From Escherichia coli (GTDB lineage Bacteria > Pseudomonadota > Gammaproteobacteria > Enterobacterales > Enterobacteriaceae), in assembly GCF_003991155.1 (NCBI RefSeq), contig NZ_CP031294.1: a DNA stretch of 64,000 nucleotides, one strand, 5' to 3'. The notes below the pieces were generated by a model. The model saw only the letters and a program-made list of their open reading frames with translations. It was not told where the DNA came from and made no database searches. Position 1 is the stretch's first letter, and each line of letters starts with the position of its first letter. The position numbers were made by a program, and so were the translations under genes. Below are positions 9,554-19,800 of the stretch, piece by piece.

Positions 9554-12500
9554 TCACAGACGGCCAATTCTTACTCGTAGGACGTTGTTATCGTCATAAA
9601 CGTCAATCCGCTGACCATTTATAACCAATCTCCCATTGCCGCCGCTATTACCGTTGATCTCAAGCGTTCCATTTTTGCCGAACCGCCATCCAGATCTACC
9701 GCTAACAAAATTGGTAGATTGCAGATCGCCTACTTTTGCATTGGTGATTGTGCCATCCTTGATATACGCTCCATTCATATAGGCGATACTGTTTTCGATA
9801 ACAAATGGCGTTGTGATCTTCCCGTTAACAGAGTTGACCAAACCAAACCTGTCCGCCTGAACCAAAAACTGAGATAGCCCAGTGGTGTCAATACCAAGCG
9901 CAATACCGGCAACATACTTCTGCCCTCCGCTCGTTGAAGTCTCCATTTTCAACGTCCACGCGGTTGATACTTTTTTGTTGGTATCAGCAATAGCTGTTGC
10001 CTGCTGTTGAATTGTCGCGGTATTTCCATCCACCTCTGCTTTCAGAGTATCGATTCGCCCACTCAGAGCATTATCTGCCTGCGTTCTCGCTGTCGTTTCA
10101 GTTGTGACCGCCGCAGAAATGTTGGCTGCTGTTTGAGACTCTAAGTTTGTGATTTGAGTCGCCAATGCAGCATCTTGCTCTGTACGCGTTTTCGTTTCGG
10201 TTGCTACAGCCGCTTTAATATCCTCTTTGTATTGAGAGGTCAGCTTGGTGATCTGAGACGACAACGCCGAGTCAGCATCAGTTCGAGCCTGCGTTTCAAC
10301 TGCAACGGCCGCACTAATATCTTTCGCTGTCTGTGCTTTTAAACTTGAAACCTCTTTTGTTAAAGCGGTATCACCATCTGCACGAGCCGTTGTTTCTCTG
10401 GCAAGAGACGCCTCGAGATCATTAGCTTTTGCTGTAAGAGACGTAATCTGGGTAGACAATGCACTATCGGCATCAGTCCTTGCTTTTGTCTCTACAGCAA
10501 CCGCTGCGGCAATATCAGTTCCGGTTTGTGCTCGCAGGCTGTTAATTTCTCGTGAGAGCGCCTGGTCAGCACTTGCTCTGGCCTCCTGCTCCTGAGTGAT
10601 GGCCGCGGATATATCACCGTCAACCTTTGACTGAAGCTGGTTTATTTGTTTGGCTAACGCAGAGTCCCCGCTTGCTCGGGCCTCCTGCTCACTACGTATT
10701 GCAGCAGAAATATCATCATCAACCTTTGCCTGAAGTTGGGTGATCTGGCTTGCCAGAGCCGAATCTTCCGTTGCTCGGGCTTCTTGCTCTTCCTTAATAG
10801 CTGCGACGATATCGTTGCTTACTTTCGACTCAAGCTGAGTGATCTGTGTCGTCAGAGCTTCATCGGCAGATGTACGAGCCTCCTGCTCTGTACTAATCGC
10901 CGCGCTGATATCTCCTTCAAACTTAGATTGCAGCTGAGTGACACGCTTTGCCAACGCTTCATCGCCATCGGCACGAGCGGTGGACTCTTCCAGAATACTG
11001 GCCTTAATGTCTTCGCCAATTTCTACGCGAATTTCCTCAACCTTCGTGGCCATTGCAGACATATCATCAGCAAAGGTTTTCTGTGTTGTTGCGATCTTCG
11101 CGTTATTGACCATCTGCTTGTGCTGGTCTTCATCTTGACGAAGAGCCAGGTCAATATTTGTTTTGGCTAACGCCTCAATGTTCGTAGTCAGTTCTGCACT
11201 GGCACGATCGACCTCTGCAACCGTCTTTTTCATTTCTTCAACGGCAGCGGAGCTTTCCTCTACCGTTGACTGCAACACTTCCAGTTGTTTAGCGTTTGCA
11301 GCATCGCCTTCAACACGAGCCTCGCTTTCCTTAGCAATAAGAGCCGCCGCTTCATCTCTTGCAGCCTTTATTGCCTCGACTGTATTAGCGAGAGCTTTAT
11401 CGTGTTCAGATACGGTGTTTTCGATTTCAACAATTGCAGCATCAGTAGCATCAATTTTTTCAAACGCTTCATTGACCTTGTCGATCGTTGCCGAAACCTC
11501 ACCTTTAAGCTCGGTTTGTGCGTTCTCCAAAGCATCGCTACGCTCGTTGAATTTTATTTCAAAATCCGCGAGGTTATCGCTGAACTGCTTATCTAATTCA
11601 GCTATATCTTCCTTAACGTCGTTTACCGCCCCCTCCAAAGATTCGACGCTCTGGTTGATATGCTCATTTAACTCGTCAACTGCTTCTTGAGAGGCTTTGC
11701 TGTTGATGTCCTCAAGCAGAGCCTGACCAAGCTCGGAAGATGTAATTTTGCCAGTCAGGAACGACAGTACATCGCGAGTTGTCGCCTCTGTACCCAAGTT
11801 TGAGTTCGGAGGACTTAACATACCTCGCTTGTTCGATGCTCGAACCCAGTAATACCACGTTTCGCTATCCCCAAGACCAGCATGTGTAAAGGTGGTGCTT
11901 GCAGACTCTGCGATCAGTTTCGCCGTATCCAGATTGTTGGTCTGGGATGCGTAAACATTAATGTGATCAAGGTCTACCGAATCTGGATTAACCCAATTCA
12001 GTATCACATTACGATAGTCTCCAACGGCCGTTAATGACGTTGGGGCATCCGGCGGTGTCATTGTGCCCAACACCTGATAAACGGTACTGATAATCTCTGT
12101 TTTTTTACCGTTGAATGAAACCGCATACAGCTGGAAGTCGTAGCGTCCATTCTCCGCGACATTAACGATTTCGTATTGCTCTTCGGTTACACGCGCCGAT
12201 TGCCAGTTCGATACATTGTTTTCATCAGAACGTCGCCAACTGATCCAATACTCTGGAGATTTCCCTTCCCATGTTGCAGTCAGTTTTACTGACAGGTTGC
12301 CCGGGCTTGAGAGATAAGTCCCTTCAGTGATTTGCAGATTAGATGGCTTGGAGTAAGTTGGGTCCAATACCGTCGTATTCTGCGGGATCAGCGTTGCACC
12401 ATTGTCGATTGCCTCATATTTAGACGGATTGTTCTCAACAGCGGTGATGTCAAAGCTACCCGGCGTTTCCCCTTGCGCGATGTTAACGATGCGAACGCGC

Positions 12501-14287
12501 ATAGGTTCGAGGTCTGGTTCTGTAATAGTCCAGACGCCGTTCAAAACAGGCGTTTCAGCCGAAGACAGGGCTTTTGAAAACGTAACTTTTGTTATATTTT
12601 CGCCAGTTTCAAGAACATCGCGTTCAACGATTTTGCCTTCCTGATTCAGTATTCGAATAAAGCAGCCGCCTTTGGCTAACGACACAGGCGCATCGAGTGT
12701 GACGCTGTTTTTGGTAAACGCCACAATTCGACCTGAGTTACGTTTGCCTGCGCGATATTTGTTCTGAATCAGAACGGTTTCACCAGGCATCAGAAATGAC
12801 GCGTCTAAGCCGGCAGTAAATGTAATTACATCCGACTCCATTCTGGCGGTATATAAAAGCCACAAACCAACTCGGTGAGCCTGCCCTCGGCTTGTACAGC
12901 CAAATGCTACGACTTCTGTTTTACGCTCACCATAACGGCGCATTGCGTCCTGATCTTCGACGTACTCGATGTTTTGCTTATAACCGTCCTCCTTGTTGTT
13001 GTAGGTTACGAGCGCAACGGATGGGCGATCTTTACGCGCAGAACCTTTATAGGTAAACAATCCATCTTTGACGTTAGAGTTGGTAAACATCATTACCGGA
13101 TCTGATGGGCTATCCTGCATGATGTTAACCATCCCACCAGCCCAAAACACCATGCCGCGGAATGCTCCGGCAATATCCTGAATTAGCCGGTATGCGTCCT
13201 GTCGACTGGTGATCTGCGTATTGATTGCAAAGCGTTTCTCTTTGCCACCAAAGCCATCATCGACCTCTTCGTCACAATATCGACCAATCTGGTACAACTG
13301 GCCAAGGTCAATCATAGATTCCGACACATACTGACCAAGGCCATATCGAGCATTGGTCAGCAAATCAAAGAGAATCCACGCGGGGTTCGAAGAAGACAAC
13401 AGCTTAAAAGTGCCATCCCATACCCCAGCGTAAGTGTTACTGGACTCGTTATAGTTTGAAGGTACTCGAATTTTTAGGCCACGCACCAGATAAGAGCGAG
13501 ATGGCATGGTGCTGCCGAATTGCTCAGAGTTTACCTTCAATCCAACCAAAACAGAGTTTGGATAGTTCATCGGTGTATCGACAATTTCCCCGATTGAATC
13601 CACCCATGTATCGTTATAGAGATACTGGCTACTGTTATCATCGGTAATACGGACCACACGAACCTTGTATGCTCGTCCAGGCTTAGGCAGCTTCAGCTCA
13701 TAGCTACGGTAATAAACGCCGGTCTTCTTTGCTGTTAGCTTAATGCCAACGCTTTTTTCACCTTCAGCGACCACATCTACAAATGTTGAGTCGCCATTTG
13801 CTATCTGGAACTTGTACTCAACAGTCGTACCGTTCGTGTCACCAGTTTTTTTATCTATGCTTCGCAAAGAAGGAAACTTCATGATGACACGAACCCGATC
13901 AGCTTCATCGTTATCGATTGAAACCGTTACATAATGTGTTTTTTTTAACTGGATATTGACGGATTTAGGCGTTTCAACGAAATCAAAGCCAGACATTGGA
14001 GTCTGGTCTTGTGAACCGTCGCGAAAATCCCATGTGATTCCGCTGAAGTTGGAGGAACCGTCTTCATTTACAATCGGCAGATCGTCGATAAAAATAGATC
14101 TTGCGCCATTTACTAAGCCGCCAATTACCCCTTCCCCAAGAAGATCGAGGATAGCGGCCATTGCACGAGAATTTACGGTATCGTCGGCTTCAACCGGTGT
14201 ACGGCTGGAGCTTTTGCTGCTTTTTTTACCACCCGCACCGGCAATAAACAGCGGTAGCTTTTTCTTCTTGAACTGTTCCATGTTCAA
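9554..14287 (-). CDS. lambda J-like central tail fibre / host specificity protein with internal coiled-coil repeat array
   Basis: 1577 aa; conserved J motifs NYPNSVLVGLKVNSEQFGS, GVWDGTFK, AFGCTSRGQAHRVGLWLLYT; C-terminal domain resembles lambda J C-terminus. Confidence 0.9.
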   Translation of the reverse strand: MNMEQFKKKKLPLFIAGAGGKKSSKSSSRTPVEADDTVNSRAMAAILDLLGEGVIGGLVNGARSIFIDDLPIVNEDGSSNFSGITWDFRDGSQDQTPMSGFDFVETPKSVNIQLKKTHYVTVSIDNDEADRVRVIMKFPSLRSIDKKTGDTNGTTVEYKFQIANGDSTFVDVVAEGEKSVGIKLTAKKTGVYYRSYELKLPKPGRAYKVRVVRITDDNSSQYLYNDTWVDSIGEIVDTPMNYPNSVLVGLKVNSEQFGSTMPSRSYLVRGLKIRVPSNYNESSNTYAGVWDGTFKLLSSSNPAWILFDLLTNARYGLGQYVSESMIDLGQLYQIGRYCDEEVDDGFGGKEKRFAINTQITSRQDAYRLIQDIAGAFRGMVFWAGGMVNIMQDSPSDPVMMFTNSNVKDGLFTYKGSARKDRPSVALVTYNNKEDGYKQNIEYVEDQDAMRRYGERKTEVVAFGCTSRGQAHRVGLWLLYTARMESDVITFTAGLDASFLMPGETVLIQNKYRAGKRNSGRIVAFTKNSVTLDAPVSLAKGGCFIRILNQEGKIVERDVLETGENITKVTFSKALSSAETPVLNGVWTITEPDLEPMRVRIVNIAQGETPGSFDITAVENNPSKYEAIDNGATLIPQNTTVLDPTYSKPSNLQITEGTYLSSPGNLSVKLTATWEGKSPEYWISWRRSDENNVSNWQSARVTEEQYEIVNVAENGRYDFQLYAVSFNGKKTEIISTVYQVLGTMTPPDAPTSLTAVGDYRNVILNWVNPDSVDLDHINVYASQTNNLDTAKLIAESASTTFTHAGLGDSETWYYWVRASNKRGMLSPPNSNLGTEATTRDVLSFLTGKITSSELGQALLEDINSKASQEAVDELNEHINQSVESLEGAVNDVKEDIAELDKQFSDNLADFEIKFNERSDALENAQTELKGEVSATIDKVNEAFEKIDATDAAIVEIENTVSEHDKALANTVEAIKAARDEAAALIAKESEARVEGDAANAKQLEVLQSTVEESSAAVEEMKKTVAEVDRASAELTTNIEALAKTNIDLALRQDEDQHKQMVNNAKIATTQKTFADDMSAMATKVEEIRVEIGEDIKASILEESTARADGDEALAKRVTQLQSKFEGDISAAISTEQEARTSADEALTTQITQLESKVSNDIVAAIKEEQEARATEDSALASQITQLQAKVDDDISAAIRSEQEARASGDSALAKQINQLQSKVDGDISAAITQEQEARASADQALSREINSLRAQTGTDIAAAVAVETKARTDADSALSTQITSLTAKANDLEASLARETTARADGDTALTKEVSSLKAQTAKDISAAVAVETQARTDADSALSSQITKLTSQYKEDIKAAVATETKTRTEQDAALATQITNLESQTAANISAAVTTETTARTQADNALSGRIDTLKAEVDGNTATIQQQATAIADTNKKVSTAWTLKMETSTSGGQKYVAGIALGIDTTGLSQFLVQADRFGLVNSVNGKITTPFVIENSIAYMNGAYIKDGTITNAKVGDLQSTNFVSGRSGWRFGKNGTLEINGNSGGNGRLVINGQRIDVYDDNNVLRVRIGRL

Positions 14288-14298
14288 AAAATCCTTGT

Positions 14299-14892
14299 TT
14301 ACATTAGCTGGTCAATCGTGATTGAAGAACTCACAACCTGTGAGCCAACCAGAATTTCCTCGCCATAGATAAGTTGTACTGGGTTGCCCTGGTTTTCTGT
14401 ATTTTGAGGGCCGTCGAAATAATAAGAGTTCGAGTTATCTGCCTGTCTCACACTTTCGTTAGTGGCTTGCGGCGATATGATTTGTGATATGCCGCCCATC
14501 ATCAGTGACAAACCGAGAGGTGCTAAAGCAGGCATCACTACCGCCGATACAACCAACAAAGCGGCCCCTACTACCGTCTGAAACCACCCAAAAGCAGATC
14601 CACCGCTTCCTCGCGGAACAGGTGTAATGCGGATTTTGGCAATGTTGTCAGACTGCCCCATCATCTGATATTCACTTTCGTCAACAGACCACTTGTGGCC
14701 CTGTTTATTGGTGATCTGGATGTGGTAACGGTCATAGGTTTTGATATTGCGCTTCATCCATGCTTTAAACCCAGGCTTGTTGGCCTCAATTAAATCCAGA
14801 GCCTGTTTTGTATTGCGCACCTTTAGATGCCAGTGGCGGCCAAAATGTTTGGCCATAGGGCCGCCAAGCTGCACATGAACTAACTCAGACAC
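14299..14892 (-). CDS. lambda I-like tail assembly protein
   Basis: 197 aa; hydrophobic central segment and C-terminal YGEEILVGSQVVS resembling lambda gpI; synteny. Confidence 0.75.
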   Translation of the reverse strand: MSELVHVQLGGPMAKHFGRHWHLKVRNTKQALDLIEANKPGFKAWMKRNIKTYDRYHIQITNKQGHKWSVDESEYQMMGQSDNIAKIRITPVPRGSGGSAFGWFQTVVGAALLVVSAVVMPALAPLGLSLMMGGISQIISPQATNESVRQADNSNSYYFDGPQNTENQGNPVQLIYGEEILVGSQVVSSSITIDQLM

Positions 14893-15704
14893 GTCTCATC
14901 TCCCTTGAGCAAGTCTCTGTGACGCAAGTGATGCGTCGTATGTTTCTGATACATTCCGCCGTAATAAGCACGACAACTAAGACGGTCGATCTGGTGATGA
15001 AGAATCATTCCATCGCCGATATAAACCGCGCAGTGATCTGGCATTTTCCCGTATTGAATAAAGAAGACGTCCCCACGTTGAGGCTCTGTTCCAGGTGCAA
15101 GCCGTACCAATCCCTCGTTTCGGTAGTTCTGGTCGAGAATGTCGTTATCGCCGGTGTACCACGATGGAATATGCAGGTGTGCGTTCGGGTTAAGCTCGAC
15201 GTTAAACTCACGCTTCAAATAGTCCCGACACAACATCCAGCAATCGAATACGCCAAATACATACGGTCTACCCAGGTATGGCATTTCGAAACCATCAGGT
15301 GTGATCACATTCATCTCGCTAAAATGGAAAGGGGCATCTCCCTCAACATTCTTGCGAATAGCCAGAATCATCCACGGAACTTCCGTCGCTTCACAGCCTG
15401 CACGATCGGCATCAGATGCTTCTGCTGATTCATCAGTATGTGAATGCCAGATTGCGATTACGTCACCTGCATCCTCTGCCGCCATAATGTCGTCAACGTG
15501 CATTACAAAAGTGTTCTGCGGGTTCTCCGAAACATTTCGCGCTTCCATAAAGCGATATTTGTCGCCATTAGTTCTCACCAGAAAGCCACACGCTTCATTA
15601 GGGTAGCGATTTATGGCGCAGAGATAGATTTGCTGCATAACATCAGAGCCAAGCTCAGGGATTGCTTTATTACCCATATCGCGTAGCTCCAATAAACCCG
15701 CCAA
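14880..15704 (-). CDS. lambda K-like tail tip assembly protein (JAB/MPN + NlpC/P60-like)
   Basis: 274 aa; EACGFL...HSH motif pattern and C-terminal CAVYIGDGMILHH as in gpK; synteny. Confidence 0.75.
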   Translation of the reverse strand: MAGLLELRDMGNKAIPELGSDVMQQIYLCAINRYPNEACGFLVRTNGDKYRFMEARNVSENPQNTFVMHVDDIMAAEDAGDVIAIWHSHTDESAEASDADRAGCEATEVPWMILAIRKNVEGDAPFHFSEMNVITPDGFEMPYLGRPYVFGVFDCWMLCRDYLKREFNVELNPNAHLHIPSWYTGDNDILDQNYRNEGLVRLAPGTEPQRGDVFFIQYGKMPDHCAVYIGDGMILHHQIDRLSCRAYYGGMYQKHTTHHLRHRDLLKGDETCLS

Positions 15705-16401
15705 AATGGATCACTCCGTTGGCAAAATAATTCCGACGCGCATTACAGGCGTCATAACGTTTTGTGCAGTAATCAGCACCAGACATAGACGTCTGCTGGT
15801 TATTTTTGTCGAAATATGGACCGGTATAGCCGCATTCTGGCCCTCGGTATTTCCACGGGCAGGTGTTTTTAATGATCTGACGATACGGCAGTTGCACCCC
15901 CATCAAATCGAACACACTGGACAATTCAAACTCGACAACCTGATGAGTTTCGAGAGTTTTCTGTTCGATAAACCACATTTCATCCGGGAAATGTTGGTTT
16001 GGATCTGCTGTTGGGTTGCCGTCTTTAAAATTAACGGCATCGAGGAAGCGAGCCAGCGTCATCTTGCGAATAATGCGGCAGCCAACAAGATCGTCGTTCG
16101 CCTGAACTTCCGCAGAGACGGTTCCGGCAAAGTTCGATACCTGAATTTTTGGACGTGGCAACGTTCCCTGGCCAGTTTTGTCAAAGCCTGATGCTTTGAT
16201 TGGCCACGGCTCGTATGTCACTCCTTGCCAGACGACCGGTTGCATCAGTTCGTTTGTTCCGGCGTGGAAGAATAACTTCCCCCCTGAAGTTGTGTTCGAC
16301 ATATCCAGTACGAACAACTCAATGAGTGCAGAGGGAGATAAGCTCTGAATATCAGCTTTAATTCCCATTGTTTCATCCTTGAAATAAGTAGGCGCTAACA
16401 T
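15670..16401 (-). CDS. lambda L-like minor tail protein (true start possibly at 16368)
   Basis: 243 aa; ARFLDAVNF, CPWKYRGPECGY, FGGF motifs shared with lambda gpL. Confidence 0.85.
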   Translation of the reverse strand: MLAPTYFKDETMGIKADIQSLSPSALIELFVLDMSNTTSGGKLFFHAGTNELMQPVVWQGVTYEPWPIKASGFDKTGQGTLPRPKIQVSNFAGTVSAEVQANDDLVGCRIIRKMTLARFLDAVNFKDGNPTADPNQHFPDEMWFIEQKTLETHQVVEFELSSVFDLMGVQLPYRQIIKNTCPWKYRGPECGYTGPYFDKNNQQTSMSGADYCTKRYDACNARRNYFANGVIHFGGFIGATRYG

Positions 16402-16450
16402 CCTGTCAGCGCCACAATGATAGTAAATTAGTACTTACTTATCCAGATAC

Positions 16451-16786
16451 TTAAGCCTCAAATACTTGTCTGAATGTAGCAGTTAAGACACAGTACCCCT
16501 GATATCGCTTGACCGTATGACTGTCACATACAACTACAATCCGTTTTCCTCTTGGATTAACCCAATAGAACGACTCAACGCCTGCTCGCTCAGTCAGGAA
16601 GTCATCGATTGCATTAATTTCGTTGTATGATCTGGTAAAGGTTAACGACCATTCTTCTTTAATACGATTAAGACCTTGAGCCTGTCGCTGCTCGTAGTCA
16701 TCACCAAAATTAAGTACCGTTACATTCGGTTTTACGCTTTTTTCAGATTCGTAATCTGGATACCAATTAAACGTTTGTCTTTCCAT
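16451..16786 (-). CDS. lambda M-like minor tail protein
   Basis: 111 aa; size, position and FGDDY...GLN pattern as in gpM. Confidence 0.75.
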   Translation of the reverse strand: MERQTFNWYPDYESEKSVKPNVTVLNFGDDYEQRQAQGLNRIKEEWSLTFTRSYNEINAIDDFLTERAGVESFYWVNPRGKRIVVVCDSHTVKRYQGYCVLTATFRQVFEA

Positions 16787-16828
16787 CTCACATCCTTGTG
16801 AGACTGCCCCGGTCGGGGCAGTCGATAG

Positions 16829-19800
16829 TTAGTTACGTTGAGTGTTTGGGTTGAGTGATCCGCCAGGGCGTTTCTCTTGAGCGATAGTCTCAAGCGCGAT
16901 TGCTTTCATCCGTTGAGCGGCATTGTTCCATATGCTTTCTGTATCGCCGGATTCAGTTGTGCTACCGTCACTATGGACGTTGATCTCAATTGATACAGGA
17001 GAAAGAACATTTCCTCCTCCACTCATACCATCGGTACTGAGCGTTACAGGGATTGTTCGACCATCAGGCAATGGAACATACGCCTCATTCATATCGCCTT
17101 CCCCAAACAACGCCAATTGAGGTGAGTTGGCGATACCGCCTTTCTGGTATGCCCGGAGCGGGATCACGCCGTCTTTTCCGAATATGCCACCATTTGCAAA
17201 CTTCGGAATTGCAGGAATACCATTCGTGCCATCGGCAGCAGAACTGGTCAGATTGTTGAACCCGGAAGTTGAGCCAGAAGAACCGGACATCAATCCATCG
17301 AATCCACCACCAGCCCATACTGAAACCAAACCAGATGCAACTGTCGCGCCGAAATTCAACCACTTATTACCAGAGCCGGAAGCATTAGCTCCAAGCATTG
17401 CAAACGCGGCAGACAGAGCGCCGGTAACAGAGCTGAGGTTCTGCATCGAGAAGATGGAGTCCTTCACTGCTTTTGTCTCAGCATCTTTGGCTTCGGTGCT
17501 ATTAAATAGCCCTGATACCCAGCTACCAATCGCATTTGTTGCTGTGCCAATTGCGCTGGTGGTCTGCTGTGTCGTTTGCCCCAATCCAGTTACCGAACTG
17601 GACGTCTCCTTCGTGGCTTCTCCTACCGACTTGTCGCCATTAACAGTGTTGCTTATGCGCACACCTTGATTGGCAACTGCGGAAGCAACCCCGGTGAGCA
17701 AATTACCACTCTGTGAACTACCAGCTGCGGTGGTTCCCATCCCCAACATGTTCATTAGAGGCAGCGTGATCTGCGACTTCACGACCATATTGGTGATATC
17801 TTTCAAAATGGACTGAGATAGGCTGGAGAAGCTCATCTTCCCGTTAATAACGAAATCAGTCAGGACATCAGTTAAGCCACTAAACAAATCAGTCCAGGTG
17901 CTTTCGATCTGCTCTGCCAGATTTTCGTATTCCAGTGCCAACTTCTGCGTCGCAGTCCCCGTCTCTTTAATAAGCGCGGTATTGCCAGCAGCAATCAGTT
18001 GATTGATTTTCTTTGTATAAAGCGCCACAACTTTAGGATCAGACGCCTTATCACGAAGTTCTATCAACGCTTTGAGATTGCGGTTGTAGGTGTCTTCGAA
18101 ATCAGCAACTTTCTCTTCGCGAGACGGCGTATAGCCAGCACTAATAATGGAATCCGCCTCCGGTGCCCAAGTGGAGATCATCTGCTCAACATTGCGGCGA
18201 TTAAACATCTCACGATATTCAGGTGTCGCATTTTTGAGGTCTTCAAGACGTTTTTTCGCCTTGTCGATCATCTCTTGAGTGATGAACTCGTTAGGAACCG
18301 CATTAGCCAAATCTGTCAGCGATTTCGTTGTATCGCGAAGAGACTGATCAAACGATACCGTAGCCTTAGAGCTTTCACCCATTTGCCCCATAAGCTGATC
18401 GGCTTTGTCCAGAGCCTTCTGGTATCCGGCTGCCAGTTTCTGTTGCGCTGCCTGTTCCTTCTTGGCCGCACGCTGCGAGGCGTTAGCTGATCGTTGGGCT
18501 GCTTTCTCGGCAGCTGCTGCATCCTGTTCACGAGCTTTAGTAAGTGCGGCAATGGCTGCGGCACGCTCTTCATCGCTCATTTTCTCCAGAGAGCTGGCAC
18601 TGGATGCTTTCTGCAAATTAAGCTGCGTCTTGAGTTGTTTAGGCCCAATAATCGGCTTACCTTCGAAGTCCATCATCGGAGTGCCGTCAGGCAAAGTACG
18701 CTGATAAGTCGCAGAATCCATCTGGTTTCGCATATATTGCGCCAACGCCTTCTGAGCAGCTTTATCAGTTGTACCTAACCCAAGAACAGTCCCCTGGTTT
18801 GACATTACGCCCTTACCAGTTTTGGCCGCGTTATCTCTCTCGAACTCTGCCTGAGTAAGTTCCTGAGCAACGGCTTCCAAATGCTCCTGATAACCACGAA
18901 TACTGCCTTGCAGTTTCTGGATTTGCTCGGTATTGCCATCCTTTTTGGCTTTTTCAAGCTGATCATTAAGAGTCGCGATTTGCTTCTCGGTCGCATTCTT
19001 ACGAGAAGAAAGTGAATCAACCAGTTTTTGCGCAGGCTCCAGATAGCTTTTGTTTACCGTTTCACGTAACGGTGCCAATAGCTTGTTCTTTTCGTCATCT
19101 GAAAGTGAACCGTCATCATTGATTTTCTGGATCTTATCCAGAGCCTCCTGCCGGGCTTTCACGAATGTTGCCGCGAAAATCTGGTTTTCCGCTCGAATTT
19201 TCTCAATCTGAGATTCGGCAGCCTCTTTAGCCAAACGCTTTGCTACAGCGCCGTCACCAAGAGCTATCGTGCCGGTTATCTTTTGATACTCTTCCTGATT
19301 TTTTTTCAGGCGTGCTTCGATGTCAGCCTTCGACTCTTTGTGAGTAATAACACCGGCAGAGTTAGATACGTAATTAACACCCTCACCAGTTTTTAATGCT
19401 CGTTGATCAGCAAGAATCTGCTTTTCGAGCTTTTCTGCGCGGTCGGCCATTTGTGCACGTTTGGCCGCCGTCATCGCCTCTGGTATTTTCCTAATCTCGT
19501 CAACGACCTTTGAAGTTTCGCTGCGGAGCATGGTCATGTACGTGATTAGGCCAGCAACAGCTACAGTGGCAACTGTAAATGCTGCCCCTATAGGGTTTGC
19601 TGCAATGAACGCCGTTAATCCAGCAAAAGCGCCTTTAAGCCCCGTAATCGCCCCACGGATGGCGAAAATAAGAGAGGGGATCGGAGCCAGCCCCATACGT
19701 GCCGCACGATTGAATCGGGTTACTGCTGTAGCGCCGAGGTTAAATGGAGTCTGTATGGCGGTCGCCATCGTGGCAAAGGTGCTAACCATCTGGCTGCCTG

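Noticed and set aside
10154-11690. Plus-strand ORFs (10154..10342, 10736..11170, 10938..11138, 11163..11690, 11285..11596) antisense to the J-like gene
   Set aside because: Low-complexity translations within the coiled-coil repeat region of J; artefacts of repeat composition.
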